Positions 19,318 through 28,344 of a stretch of 64,000 bases of DNA are shown here, piece after piece. The notes under the pieces are model-generated. The model saw only the letters and a program-made list of their open reading frames with translations. It was not told where the DNA came from and searched no databases. This DNA is from Candidatus Roizmanbacteria bacterium (lineage in GTDB: Bacteria > Patescibacteriota > Microgenomatia > UBA1406 > HO2-37-13b): assembly GCA_038127095.1 (NCBI GenBank), contig JAYPGZ010000003.1:23812-87811 (forward strand), read 5' to 3'. The translations under genes were made by a program, and so were the position numbers. Numbering within the stretch: position 1 is the stretch's first letter; every line of letters starts with the position of its first letter.

Positions 19318-20379
19318 CTATTGGGCAAGAATTACAGCTAATTGCTCTGTAACTAGTTGTATATCACGTGAATCCAGTCGATGATCTCGTTGTTCAAAAG
19401 AGATTGGGTATCGTTCTGGATCTAAGAGTCCCTCATGGGTTGGAAGACCTCGGTTGCAATATTCATCGATAAATGGGCTTTTAACAATTGTGGCACCTGG
19501 AATAGCCCAAACTGCAGGATCAGCTACTGTATAAAGTACGACTGCATCGTGAGGTTGTAGTATGCCTTGTCGGTCAGGTCGCATTACACGCGATCCAGTG
19601 CCAAGCCATGCATAGAAGCTATCGGTTGCAACAATAGTGTTGGCTGCATATAAATAGCTACTCAAAATGTTTGGATCTGCAGATTGTACAACAGACCCAA
19701 AATCTGTATCTTGTGTGTGAATATCGTTGAAATTGGTTGGAAATGGAGGTGGGGTTCCATAATCGTGTCTCAATTGATCAGAAACAACAATTACCTTTGC
19801 ATAGGGATCCATATCAAGAACCGCATGTCCTATTTCGCGAATATCTTGAGAGCCAAATTTTTTCTGTGGCCGGGAACCACCTTGAGTAATGCAAACAATT
19901 CTTGAATGATCTTGAAAGCTCGAACGAATTTTTGTACCCTGTGCAATGACACTATTTTGATCAAATTGAGCCAGCGCAGTTTGAGGCATTTTCAATGGCT
20001 GTGGTATATGCTGCAAAAAATCGGGTTCAAGAGTTAATCCGAGTGCATCTGCTAATAAACCTGAATGATAACCAAAAAAAGTTCTCGTTACTTGTTTCCT
20101 TTTTTTAATCGGTACGAGCTGATGTAGGTCACGCAGGATTCTAAATTGAGTGTCTTGATGCGTTGCTGCAAGACGAATAGTTGGATTTTGTATGGCGCGC
20201 ATAGCAGCATAGCGCTGTAATACTTGTTGAACTTCCCACGTTCCGATCATCATGCCGCCTGCCTGACCAGTATGTCGTAGATAAAAGGTTTTATCGAGCA
20301 TCCTTTTGTTTTCTAATCTACGAAGTATATTGCTGCGAAACGCATGTAATGCCATTTCGTGTTGAAGTCGTTCAAACAT
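19318..20379 (-). CDS. hypothetical protein, weakly GT-B/GT9 (heptosyltransferase)-like C-terminal half
   Basis: VCITQGGSRPQKKFG...VIVVSDQ...ANTIVATDSFYAWLGTGS resembles the GT9 pattern (pGas..K.w...vg.DSG.mHlA), but only loosely. TGCTATAAT lies 5 nt upstream of the ATG. GC-richer by eye. Confidence 0.4.
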   Translation of the reverse strand: MFERLQHEMALHAFRSNILRRLENKRMLDKTFYLRHTGQAGGMMIGTWEVQQVLQRYAAMRAIQNPTIRLAATHQDTQFRILRDLHQLVPIKKRKQVTRTFFGYHSGLLADALGLTLEPDFLQHIPQPLKMPQTALAQFDQNSVIAQGTKIRSSFQDHSRIVCITQGGSRPQKKFGSQDIREIGHAVLDMDPYAKVIVVSDQLRHDYGTPPPFPTNFNDIHTQDTDFGSVVQSADPNILSSYLYAANTIVATDSFYAWLGTGSRVMRPDRQGILQPHDAVVLYTVADPAVWAIPGATIVKSPFIDEYCNRGLPTHEGLLDPERYPISFEQRDHRLDSRDIQLVTEQLAVILAQ

Positions 20380-20559
20380 GCTGTATTATAGCATGATAGA
20401 GCCTGGTAGTAGTCTAATGTAGAGTGGTATACTCAGGAGTCTTTTACTCAAGGAGGTTGGTAACAGATATATCCAGCAAAACAAATACAACATTCGATAA
20501 ATCCTGTAGGGACTATATGATAGTTGGAAGATGATAAGCATGAATTGAAAATATGTTTA

Positions 20560-21273
20560 TTAGGTTTTTTTCGTTCCCCAAATATTCCAATTTGGCCGCA
20601 GATTTCCACTTACGGTACTACGAGTCATTACGTTTTTGCATGCTTTTACAGCAAGTCCATTTATGGAAAATGCTCCCTCGAGTTCGTCTTGATTAAAATG
20701 GTGGCAAATGTACCTGACGGATCCATCTTGTCTGAGAACTCGTACACTTCCTTCTTCTCCTGTTGCTAATGCATCCACTTGATAAACATGTTGCCAGTTT
20801 TTCCCATCTGAAGTAAGGGTATTAGGGTCGATGATTCTTGCAAATTCAGCAACATATACAATTCCACCTGGTTTTATGCAGCGGACAGTCTCTTTCAGAA
20901 TTGCGCTTCTTTGCTCCTTTCCCACTGCTCCTAATGTTGCCAACATAACTGCCCCGTCAAATGAGTTATCGGCAAAAGGTAATCTTTCACCAAATGCCTG
21001 GGTATAATGAGTGTCCGGATTATTTTGAGTACCCAATCTAAGTTCGTTCAGGTTTGGATCGATGCCAACCAATTGGGCGCCTTTGTCTATAAATTCTTGC
21101 GTGATCCTACCTGAACAACAACCGACATCTAAAAATATGTTTCCCTTTTGAATTTGCTCTAAAAAATCTGGATGCAAACTGGTTGAAGTAATAGTCTGTC
21201 CAGCTTCAGCGGCAGTCCACATAGTTGTTTCAGTTGTAAAACCAGTTGTAGTTGTACTTAATTGCTCGTCCAT
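20560..21273 (-). CDS. class I SAM-dependent methyltransferase
   Basis: Motif I FLDVGCCSGRIT, motif II LVGIDPN, post-I/III FDGAVM...IKPGGIVYV. Confidence 0.85.
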   Translation of the reverse strand: MDEQLSTTTTGFTTETTMWTAAEAGQTITSTSLHPDFLEQIQKGNIFLDVGCCSGRITQEFIDKGAQLVGIDPNLNELRLGTQNNPDTHYTQAFGERLPFADNSFDGAVMLATLGAVGKEQRSAILKETVRCIKPGGIVYVAEFARIIDPNTLTSDGKNWQHVYQVDALATGEEGSVRVLRQDGSVRYICHHFNQDELEGAFSINGLAVKACKNVMTRSTVSGNLRPNWNIWGTKKT

Positions 21274-21389
21274 ATATGTATTATATACAAGATATTGTAA
21301 TTCTCAGAAGTTTTTCTAAGCTACTAACACTTTTGTTTGATTTTTTGGACTGGTCAGGATTGTTGGGGAATTAATTGTATCTGCATGAT

Positions 21390-21920
21390 TCAGTAGTTGT
21401 TCTGTATCGATTTCGTTAGAATGTGGATATAATTCAAAACTTCTTGCGAATGCAATTCTGTATCTATTTTGGTATAAACTTTCGCAATTTCCCCCTTTGG
21501 ATTTATGAGATAGGTAATTCGATGGGTGCCCTGAAAATAGCGACCCATAAAATATCTTTCTCCCCAAACGCCATATGCATGCAAAACGGTCTTTTCAGGG
21601 TCTGCAAGCAGAGGAAATGGTAATGAGAATTTTTGAGCAAACCGTGCGTGCGATGTTACTGGATCTTTTGATATGCCAAAAACGCGGATATTTTCTTTTT
21701 TGAATGTGGAATACGAATCGCGAAAGCTACATGCTTCTTTTGTGCATCCGGGAGTATCGTCGGCTGGGTAAAAAAACAGCACTATCCAGTGCCCGGCGTT
21801 CTCTGAGAGAGAATGAAATTTATTCTCTTGATCCGGAAGTTTAAAATCCGGAGCCCTATCCCCTACTTTGAGAAGTTTCAATTTGGAAGCAAGCTTTTGT
21901 TGGATGGTTTTGGTAATCAT
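21390..21920 (-). CDS. bcp: peroxiredoxin, Bcp type
   Basis: VGDRAPDFKLPDQ...WIVLFFYPADDTPGCTKEACSFRD contains the peroxidatic Cys motif PxxxTxxC. Confidence 0.9.
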   Translation of the reverse strand: MITKTIQQKLASKLKLLKVGDRAPDFKLPDQENKFHSLSENAGHWIVLFFYPADDTPGCTKEACSFRDSYSTFKKENIRVFGISKDPVTSHARFAQKFSLPFPLLADPEKTVLHAYGVWGERYFMGRYFQGTHRITYLINPKGEIAKVYTKIDTELHSQEVLNYIHILTKSIQNNY

Positions 21921-22038
21921 AGGAGCTTATAGGAGTTATTGTAGCTGTATTACAGGCATATTAGTCAACATAAAATCATGAGGTGGCTGGAACAAGTTTC
22001 ATTGATGCTGTCCAAGAGACAATCTCAGTTCAATTATG

Positions 22039-22109
22039 CGGGGGTGGGAAGAATCGAACTTCCGTCAAAGGTTTTGGAGACCTCTATTCTACCACTAAAC
22101 TACACCCCC
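22039..22109 (-). tRNA. tRNA-Trp(CCA)
   Basis: Fold on the minus strand: GGGGGTG-TA-GTTT-AGTGGTA-GAAT-A-GAGGT-CTCCAAA-ACCTT-TGAC-GGAAG-TTCGATT-CTTCC-CACCCCC-G. CCA is not encoded. Confidence 0.88.
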
Positions 22110-22114
22110 AATAC

Positions 22115-22318
22115 TTATGCAGCGTGTGCATCGTCTACGTCTGATTGTGTATTTATGATCATTATTGGAGCTCTTGGATGTTCCACTTCTTGCACGGCAC
22201 GAGCGAAGTCGGGTGAAATAAGCCCTTCACGCTTGTCGACTTCATGTGCGCTTGGATTACTTGATCCGGTTATGCCAGTGATACGCTCCCACATATGCTC
22301 TCTTTCACTGTTTGACAT
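22115..22318 (-). CDS. small hypothetical protein (67 aa) between tRNA-Arg and tRNA-Trp
   Basis: This is the part of the track ORF downstream of tRNA-Arg (MSNSEREHMWERITGITGSS...). It is a GC-rich stretch with no family recognised and could instead be non-coding. Confidence 0.35.
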   Translation of the reverse strand: MSNSEREHMWERITGITGSSNPSAHEVDKREGLISPDFARAVQEVEHPRAPIMIINTQSDVDDAHAA

Positions 22319-22343
22319 ATATAGTTTTAACTTATAACTGCAG

Positions 22344-22417
22344 TGTCCTTGGAGGGACTTGAACCCCCGACCTTCAGATCCGCAATCTGACGCTCTATCC
22401 AACTGAGCTACAAGGAC
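22344..22417 (-). tRNA. tRNA-Arg(GCG) by hand fold
   Basis: Fold on the minus strand: GTCCTTG-TA-GCTC-AGTTGGATA-GAGC-G-TCAGA-TTGCGGA-TCTGA-AGGTC-GGGGG-TTCAAGT-CCCTC-CAAGGAC-A. A20 is present. The anticodon is at plus strand 22381-22383. Confidence 0.88.
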
Positions 22418-22478
22418 TAATTGATAGGTATAGTATATCGTATGGTGCCCAAAATAGGAAGCTGGAGCGCTTCTGAAT

Positions 22479-23750
22479 TTATGTAAGAGAAGCATATTCT
22501 CGTTTAACTGAGAATATGGTATATGCCCCCACGATTCCCATCGCAATTCCCATTGCAATTGCTGGTCCGTATACCCCGAATATAGGAATTAATAGATAGT
22601 TTCCAACCGCCATAATGCTCAGAAATATAAGATTGATGACTAGAATGTAGACAGGTTTTCTGATGGTATATAAGAAAAATAAGAGCGGAATGTTTAAAAT
22701 AGTATAGAAAATATAAATTCCGCTTAATGCGCGGGTTATTCCAATTGCATGTGTCCATTTTTCAGAAAGTACGAGTGTGTACACAAAATCTGGCGTTATT
22801 ACTGCAGCTGCAAAAACTCCAGCGGGAAGCAAAATATAGGTAAGCGAATGTTTTAGTAGCTGAGTTATGTCTTGTCGACTTTTTACTTTTGCAAACTGGG
22901 GAGAAACAACCTGTGTAATACTATTTACCGTTGTAATAATGTTCAAAATAATCTTTTGGGCAATGCTGTACTCCCCTACCCGTTCAAGAGGCAAGTAGTG
23001 GGCAATCATAAATAAATCGAGTCGTGAAGCCAGTGTGAAGGCTTGTGTGGCGATAAAATAGGTTCCCATGTAGCGCAACTTAATATCGGCACGGTTTATG
23101 GGTGCGCGAATAAAATCGGTTACGAGTGATCGCTGTTTTATCAGAATGCATATAATAAAAAGTACTTGTCCAAACACACCGAGCACGATAATGGTATTTG
23201 TCACCGTTAACAAATTGAAGTACATAAGGAGCAATACGAGTGCTATTTTTGAAACATTAGCAATTGTTTGCGCAATATTTGCGTACAGAAATTGTTCTCG
23301 AGCAAAAAGTGTATTAAGGATTGTATTTTGCCACATAAAGAAGAATACCGAAACAAATGTCCAGAAATAGTTGTCGTAGGTGGTGTTTAAATTGAGTAAG
23401 TTTGTGTTTATTATTGGAATGAATAGCCATAAGATCGATAGTGCAACAAAAGCAATCCCTGTTTGGAAAATCAGGTTGCTTTTCACAAATTCCATGGTTT
23501 GTGCCCGATTATGTACAAAATGCGGTACAGAAGCGTAAATACTTGCATTGACTCCTAAATCAAAGAAATTTGCAAGTACGTTTGCAATTGCAAAAAGTAC
23601 ACTGTATATGGCCATTTCAGGTTTTGAAAAATAGCGCGCAAGAGCAAGGAAATATATTACCGTAGTAAAAACACCAATATAGGTACCAACGGTGTTGATA
23701 AGGATGTTAAGTGAAGTCTTTGTTTTTGCTAATGAAATGAGTTTGTGCAT
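22479..23750 (-). CDS. MOP-superfamily polysaccharide flippase (Wzx-like)
   Basis: 423-aa protein with ~12 TM helices. Its N-terminal pattern and size are typical of the polysaccharide biosynthesis protein family. Confidence 0.6.
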   Translation of the reverse strand: MHKLISLAKTKTSLNILINTVGTYIGVFTTVIYFLALARYFSKPEMAIYSVLFAIANVLANFFDLGVNASIYASVPHFVHNRAQTMEFVKSNLIFQTGIAFVALSILWLFIPIINTNLLNLNTTYDNYFWTFVSVFFFMWQNTILNTLFAREQFLYANIAQTIANVSKIALVLLLMYFNLLTVTNTIIVLGVFGQVLFIICILIKQRSLVTDFIRAPINRADIKLRYMGTYFIATQAFTLASRLDLFMIAHYLPLERVGEYSIAQKIILNIITTVNSITQVVSPQFAKVKSRQDITQLLKHSLTYILLPAGVFAAAVITPDFVYTLVLSEKWTHAIGITRALSGIYIFYTILNIPLLFFLYTIRKPVYILVINLIFLSIMAVGNYLLIPIFGVYGPAIAMGIAMGIVGAYTIFSVKREYASLT

Positions 23751-23760
23751 ATTGTATCTG

Positions 23761-23846
23761 CTCGCGGAGGCCCGTCATGACCTTGTCCCACCGTTTTGGC
23801 AAAGCCAAAGCCGGCGTGACTCCCTCCGGTCATGCCACCCGCTCGC
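23761..23846. repeat. GC-rich structured intergenic element, degenerate GTCAT-type
   Basis: An island of high GC in an AT-rich spacer. It contains the palindrome GTCATGAC, a second GGTCATGCC, and the hairpin TTGGC-AAA-GCCAA. Confidence 0.5.
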
Positions 23847-23931
23847 ACATCATCAAAATGTCTGAAAGGACATATTACTTTATACGTTCATTATAAACTA
23901 TTGTTTTTTACAAAAGATCCTAGTATAGTAA

Positions 23932-24918
<987 letters not shown>

Positions 24919-25012
24919 CTATCGACTTGTATGGTTTTATATAGTTAGTCCTCTTGACTTTTATTCTAGGAAAATTTACCCTGAGTATAGTTATAAGTTA
25001 AATAAATGCACT

Positions 25013-25132
25013 ATGATGAATCTATATGGATGGGCATGGAATTGGTGTGCTCCAGTTGTAAACTGGTGTGCTCCAGTTGTTGATCGATGCGCACAATGGG
25101 TTTCCTGTTGGGGAAACATGGTTTGCCGATAA
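25013..25132 (+). CDS. candidate micro-ORF (39 aa), Trp/Cys-rich: MMNLYGWAWNWCAPVVNWCAPVVDRCAQWVSCWGNMVCR
   Basis: Hand-translated and below the track's size cutoff. It has 6 Trp and 5 Cys, and the 21-nt direct repeat is in frame (NWCAPVV x2). No convincing SD or adjacent -10; TATAGT lies 21 nt upstream. Confidence 0.3.
   Translation: MMNLYGWAWNWCAPVVNWCAPVVDRCAQWVSCWGNMVCR
25043..25080 (+). repeat. 21-nt-period tandem direct repeat (TGGTGTGCTCCAGTTGT x2)
   Basis: Identical 17-mers at 25043-25059 and 25064-25080. Confidence 0.9.
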
Positions 25133-25178
25133 GATCGAAAGATGGGCTAAAAGGCAATACATTTCGATGAAGATCACT

Positions 25179-26105
25179 CTAAACGGCATGCCATGTAATG
25201 GCAGAGTTGGTTTTCATAAAGGTGTATTGCCTTTTAGCGTATTGGATTTCTGCAGTAATCCACAGAGCGATCATTTCTTCTTCTGAAATTTCTTTACTTA
25301 GGAATTGAATAATTTGCTTATACCCAATGGTTTGTAGGCCTGGATCTTCTCGTTTATACCCCATCGACAGAAGGTTGCGAGTTTCTTCAATAGCTCCTGC
25401 TGCAAGTCGTGCACGTACCCTTTTCTCAATGGTAGCACGGAGTTTTTCATCATCTGCAAAACGGAGACCGATAATCTCTGTATGAGATTCCGAAATAAAT
25501 TCGGGATGACGAGTAAGGTTGTCATCCTGAGGGATCCGCCGGCTGGCGGAGACCGAAGGATCTCGGTGTGGAGTTTGAGATTCTTTTCCGCCAGCAGGTA
25601 GTTTAGAATGACTCAATATTTCAATCCTCCTAATAAGTCTTCTTGGATTATTTTTATCCGAATTGTTCATACTATTAAATACGTCATAATCTATATCCAT
25701 AAGTCGCTTTTGCAAAACCTCCAGAGGTGCCTTATTTAGCTCCTTACGTAAATTCCAGTCAGGCCCGATTAATTCTGTTTCAAAACCATATAGAAGATTT
25801 TTGATATATAAATATGTGCCCCCGACAATAATGGGTGTTTTGCCACGAGTGAAAAGCTCCTTAATAACAGTCCGTGCATAATGTGCGTACTCGCTTGAAG
25901 AAAAGGGTGTATTGGGCTCTACAACGTCATACAGCCATACGGGAATATCGATTAGTCTTTCTTTGCCCGTTACCACATCGAGATGTTTATATATTTGGCG
26001 AGAATCGGCATTTATAAGTTCCCCGTTATGTTCAAGTGCAAGCTTGCGGGCATAAGAAGTTTTCCCTGTTGCTGTTTGGCCAGTTATAACAATGAGTTTA
26101 TTCAT
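25179..26105 (-). CDS. miaA: tRNA dimethylallyltransferase (i6A37 synthase) with 43-codon repeat-derived insertion
   Basis: P-loop MNKLIVITGQTATGKTS, INADSRQIYKHLDVVTGK, and PIIVGGTYLYIK. An internal segment (SHSKLPAGGKESQTPHRDPSVSASRRIPQDDNLTRHPEFISES) is encoded by three mini-repeat units. Confidence 0.92.
   Translation of the reverse strand: MNKLIVITGQTATGKTSYARKLALEHNGELINADSRQIYKHLDVVTGKERLIDIPVWLYDVVEPNTPFSSSEYAHYARTVIKELFTRGKTPIIVGGTYLYIKNLLYGFETELIGPDWNLRKELNKAPLEVLQKRLMDIDYDVFNSMNNSDKNNPRRLIRRIEILSHSKLPAGGKESQTPHRDPSVSASRRIPQDDNLTRHPEFISESHTEIIGLRFADDEKLRATIEKRVRARLAAGAIEETRNLLSMGYKREDPGLQTIGYKQIIQFLSKEISEEEMIALWITAEIQYAKRQYTFMKTNSAITWHAV
25484..25612 (-). repeat. three GTCAT-type mini-repeat units (direct, inverted, direct) inserted in frame in miaA; 129 nt
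   Basis: On the miaA sense strand: GTCATTCTAAACTACCTGCTGGCGGAAAAGAATCTC (25612-25577), inverted unit GAGATCCTTCGGTCTCCGCCAGCCGGCGGATCCCTCAGGATGAC (25564-25521), and GTCATCCCGAATTTATTTCGGAATCTC (25510-25484). Confidence 0.8.
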
Positions 26106-26122
26106 TGATATATTCTACATTA

Positions 26123-26878
26123 TTAGTTTTTCTGGAAGTATAAAGTTACTACTGAAGAGATTGTTTGCGTTCCGGGCTCAATGGCTGGACCTCCTGCCCC
26201 ACCCCCAATGGGAAGCGATTTCATTAAATCTGGTATTGGACCTCCATCTACTCCTGTTGATTCAACAATATTTGTGACTTTCCCAAGCTTTATCCCTAAA
26301 TCTCCCGCAAGTGTCTTGGCTTGTTCTTTAGCATTGGTAATTGCTTTATTTCGAGCTTGTGCGCGATAGTTTTCTGGTTTTTCAATGCCAAATCGAGCAC
26401 CTTGCACTTGATTAGCTCCTGCTGCTGTTGCTACCTGAATAATTGTTGGGACTAGATCTGTTTTAGACGTTTTAACAGTTATTGTTGCGTTTCCGTTATA
26501 ACCATTAATTTGATCGCGGCCACCAGTGTATACATAATTTGGATTTATTGAGTAATTTGTGGTTTTAACGTTTCCTTTTTGAATTCCTAATTTTTGAACT
26601 GCGGCAATGACTGCATTATTAACTGAATCAACCTTATTTTGTGCTTCCTGTACGCTTGCGACCCCGTTTACATTAATTCCTAGATCTACATAGGCAACGT
26701 CGGGAACTATATCAACTTTTCCTTCTCCAACGACAGCAAGTTCTCCACTTTGTGCACTCGTAGTTACCGAAACAGGAAGTCGGATATTAAAGAAGTTCAT
26801 TACGAGTACCGCAAGGAATGCTAACACAACGGCTCCGCCAATAGTATCTGAGTGATTTTTTGTTTTGGAATTATCCAT
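26123..26878 (-). CDS. SIMPL/DUF541-family secreted protein
   Basis: N-terminal TM or signal sequence. The pattern VVGEGKVDIVPDVAYVDLGINV...VKTTNYSINPNY...GYNGNATITVK is typical of SIMPL (26 kDa periplasmic immunogenic protein) family members. Confidence 0.65.
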   Translation of the reverse strand: MDNSKTKNHSDTIGGAVVLAFLAVLVMNFFNIRLPVSVTTSAQSGELAVVGEGKVDIVPDVAYVDLGINVNGVASVQEAQNKVDSVNNAVIAAVQKLGIQKGNVKTTNYSINPNYVYTGGRDQINGYNGNATITVKTSKTDLVPTIIQVATAAGANQVQGARFGIEKPENYRAQARNKAITNAKEQAKTLAGDLGIKLGKVTNIVESTGVDGGPIPDLMKSLPIGGGAGGPAIEPGTQTISSVVTLYFQKN

Positions 26879-26971
26879 GCTTTTAGAATATCATATCGGG
26901 AGCATATTGCAAGCAGAAATTAAGTATCAGCGCGCTTTCAAATGAGTTTGAGATAGTAGACAATAATGAGA

Positions 26972-27310
26972 TTATATTACTGAACTTCCGTTTGGAGTAG
27001 ACTCAGGCATTTGGAGTGGAATTGGTTTTTCAGCAGAATCAGCAGCCAAAAACATTCCATTTGAAACTCGACCCATCATTTTTCGAGGTTCCAGATTAAC
27101 AATAAATACGTATTTATTATTTACAAAGTCGCTCGGTTCATAGTAGGCTTGTAGACCCGTTAAAATTTCAACCGTTCCCCAATCCTCACCAAAATCGACA
27201 GTTAATGCAATTAGTTTTTCGGATCCTTCTACTTTTTCCGCAGTCATAACCTGCCCTACGCGCAGATCGGCTTTTGCAAAATCATCAAAACTACAGATTG
27301 GTTTTTTCAT
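26972..27310 (-). CDS. tRNA-binding domain protein (CsaA/EMAP-II-like OB fold)
   Basis: FAKADLRVGQVMTAEKVEGSEKLIALTVDFGE...NLEPRKMMGRVSNGMFLAA. Confidence 0.85.
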   Translation of the reverse strand: MKKPICSFDDFAKADLRVGQVMTAEKVEGSEKLIALTVDFGEDWGTVEILTGLQAYYEPSDFVNNKYVFIVNLEPRKMMGRVSNGMFLAADSAEKPIPLQMPESTPNGSSVI

Positions 27311-27333
27311 GCATACTATTGTATCATAGGATT

Positions 27334-28344
27334 ATGAAAAAAATTCTTATCACTGGGGCCGGAGGTTACATTGGATCAGTTGCGTGTTCTCTATTTTTAG
27401 ATAACGGATATGAAGTGGTTGGTGTAGATAATTACGTTAGAGGTTATAAGGGCCCCCTTGAATCGCTTCAGGAAAAACACGGTGAAAGTAAACTACGTTT
27501 CTACAATGTCGATATTAGAAATGGTATTTCTGATGTACTTACTAAGGAATCGGACGTTGATACGGTCATTCATTATGCCGCTTTTTGCAATGTTGGTGAA
27601 TCTGAACTGCATCCTGAATTATATTTTGGAAATAACATTGCTACAACAGTTGCTTTACTTGAATCAATGAAGGAATATGATCTAAAAAAAATTGTCTTTT
27701 CATCTACTTGCGCAATTTACGGGGAACCTCAAGCTGAATTTTTTGACGAATCGCACCCAATTAGTCCACAATCACATCCATATAGTGAATCGAAGTATAT
27801 GAGTGAACGAGTAATTGATTGGTACTACAAAATATATGGTATCAATTATATTTTTCTGCGGTATTTTAATGTGTGCGGAGCAACAGACGATGGAAGTATT
27901 GGAGATTCTAAAAAACCATCATTTCATTTAATGCAAAATGCTGTACGGGGTGCTTTGGGAATTGCTGAATTTAAACTTACGTGCCCTAAGGTGAATACTC
28001 CCGATGGCACACCAATTAGAGATTATGTGAATGTGGTCGATTTAAATAATGCACATATTAAAGCAGTTGAATATTTAGCATCACGTACCGAGCCTGATGT
28101 GTTTAATTTAGGTACAGGCGTTGGAAATTCTGTTCTTGAAATAGTGCAGGCGGTAAAAAAAATAACCGGCAAGGAATTTGAAGTTGGTAGTGGTGAGCTC
28201 CGAAAAGGCGACGTATCGCGTGCAGTGGCTTCAAATAAAAAAATTACTTCAGTACTAGGGTGGCAACCAACACATTCACTTGAAGACAGTGTTAAATCGC
28301 TTGTTACTTGGTACACCAATCATCCGCAAGGTTGGGAAAAATAA
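27334..28344 (+). CDS. galE: UDP-glucose 4-epimerase
   Basis: MKKILITGAGGYIGS, SSTCAIYG, YSESKYMSE (YxxxK), LRYFNVCGA. The start is ATG at 27334, not the track's upstream start, which overlaps the divergent gene. Confidence 0.85.
   Translation: MKKILITGAGGYIGSVACSLFLDNGYEVVGVDNYVRGYKGPLESLQEKHGESKLRFYNVDIRNGISDVLTKESDVDTVIHYAAFCNVGESELHPELYFGNNIATTVALLESMKEYDLKKIVFSSTCAIYGEPQAEFFDESHPISPQSHPYSESKYMSERVIDWYYKIYGINYIFLRYFNVCGATDDGSIGDSKKPSFHLMQNAVRGALGIAEFKLTCPKVNTPDGTPIRDYVNVVDLNNAHIKAVEYLASRTEPDVFNLGTGVGNSVLEIVQAVKKITGKEFEVGSGELRKGDVSRAVASNKKITSVLGWQPTHSLEDSVKSLVTWYTNHPQGWEK

Noticed and set aside
21978-22558. Track ORFs 21978-22337 (+) and 22115-22558 (-)
   Set aside because: Both run straight through well-folded tRNA genes (Trp 22039-22109, Arg 22344-22417). 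I kept only the 22115-22318 part as a low-confidence small CDS.
25095-25170. Hairpins GTTTCC-tgttgg-GGAAAC (25100-25117) and ATCGAAA...TTTCGAT (25134-25168) as Rho-independent terminators of gmd or miaA
   Set aside because: The stems are short, the second has a long loop, and neither strand has a following U-tract. The evidence is not strong enough to annotate.
25068-25286. 72-aa plus-strand ORF
   Set aside because: It starts in a different frame inside the micro-ORF region and mostly runs antisense to the 3' end of miaA. It has no signals and no recognisable product.
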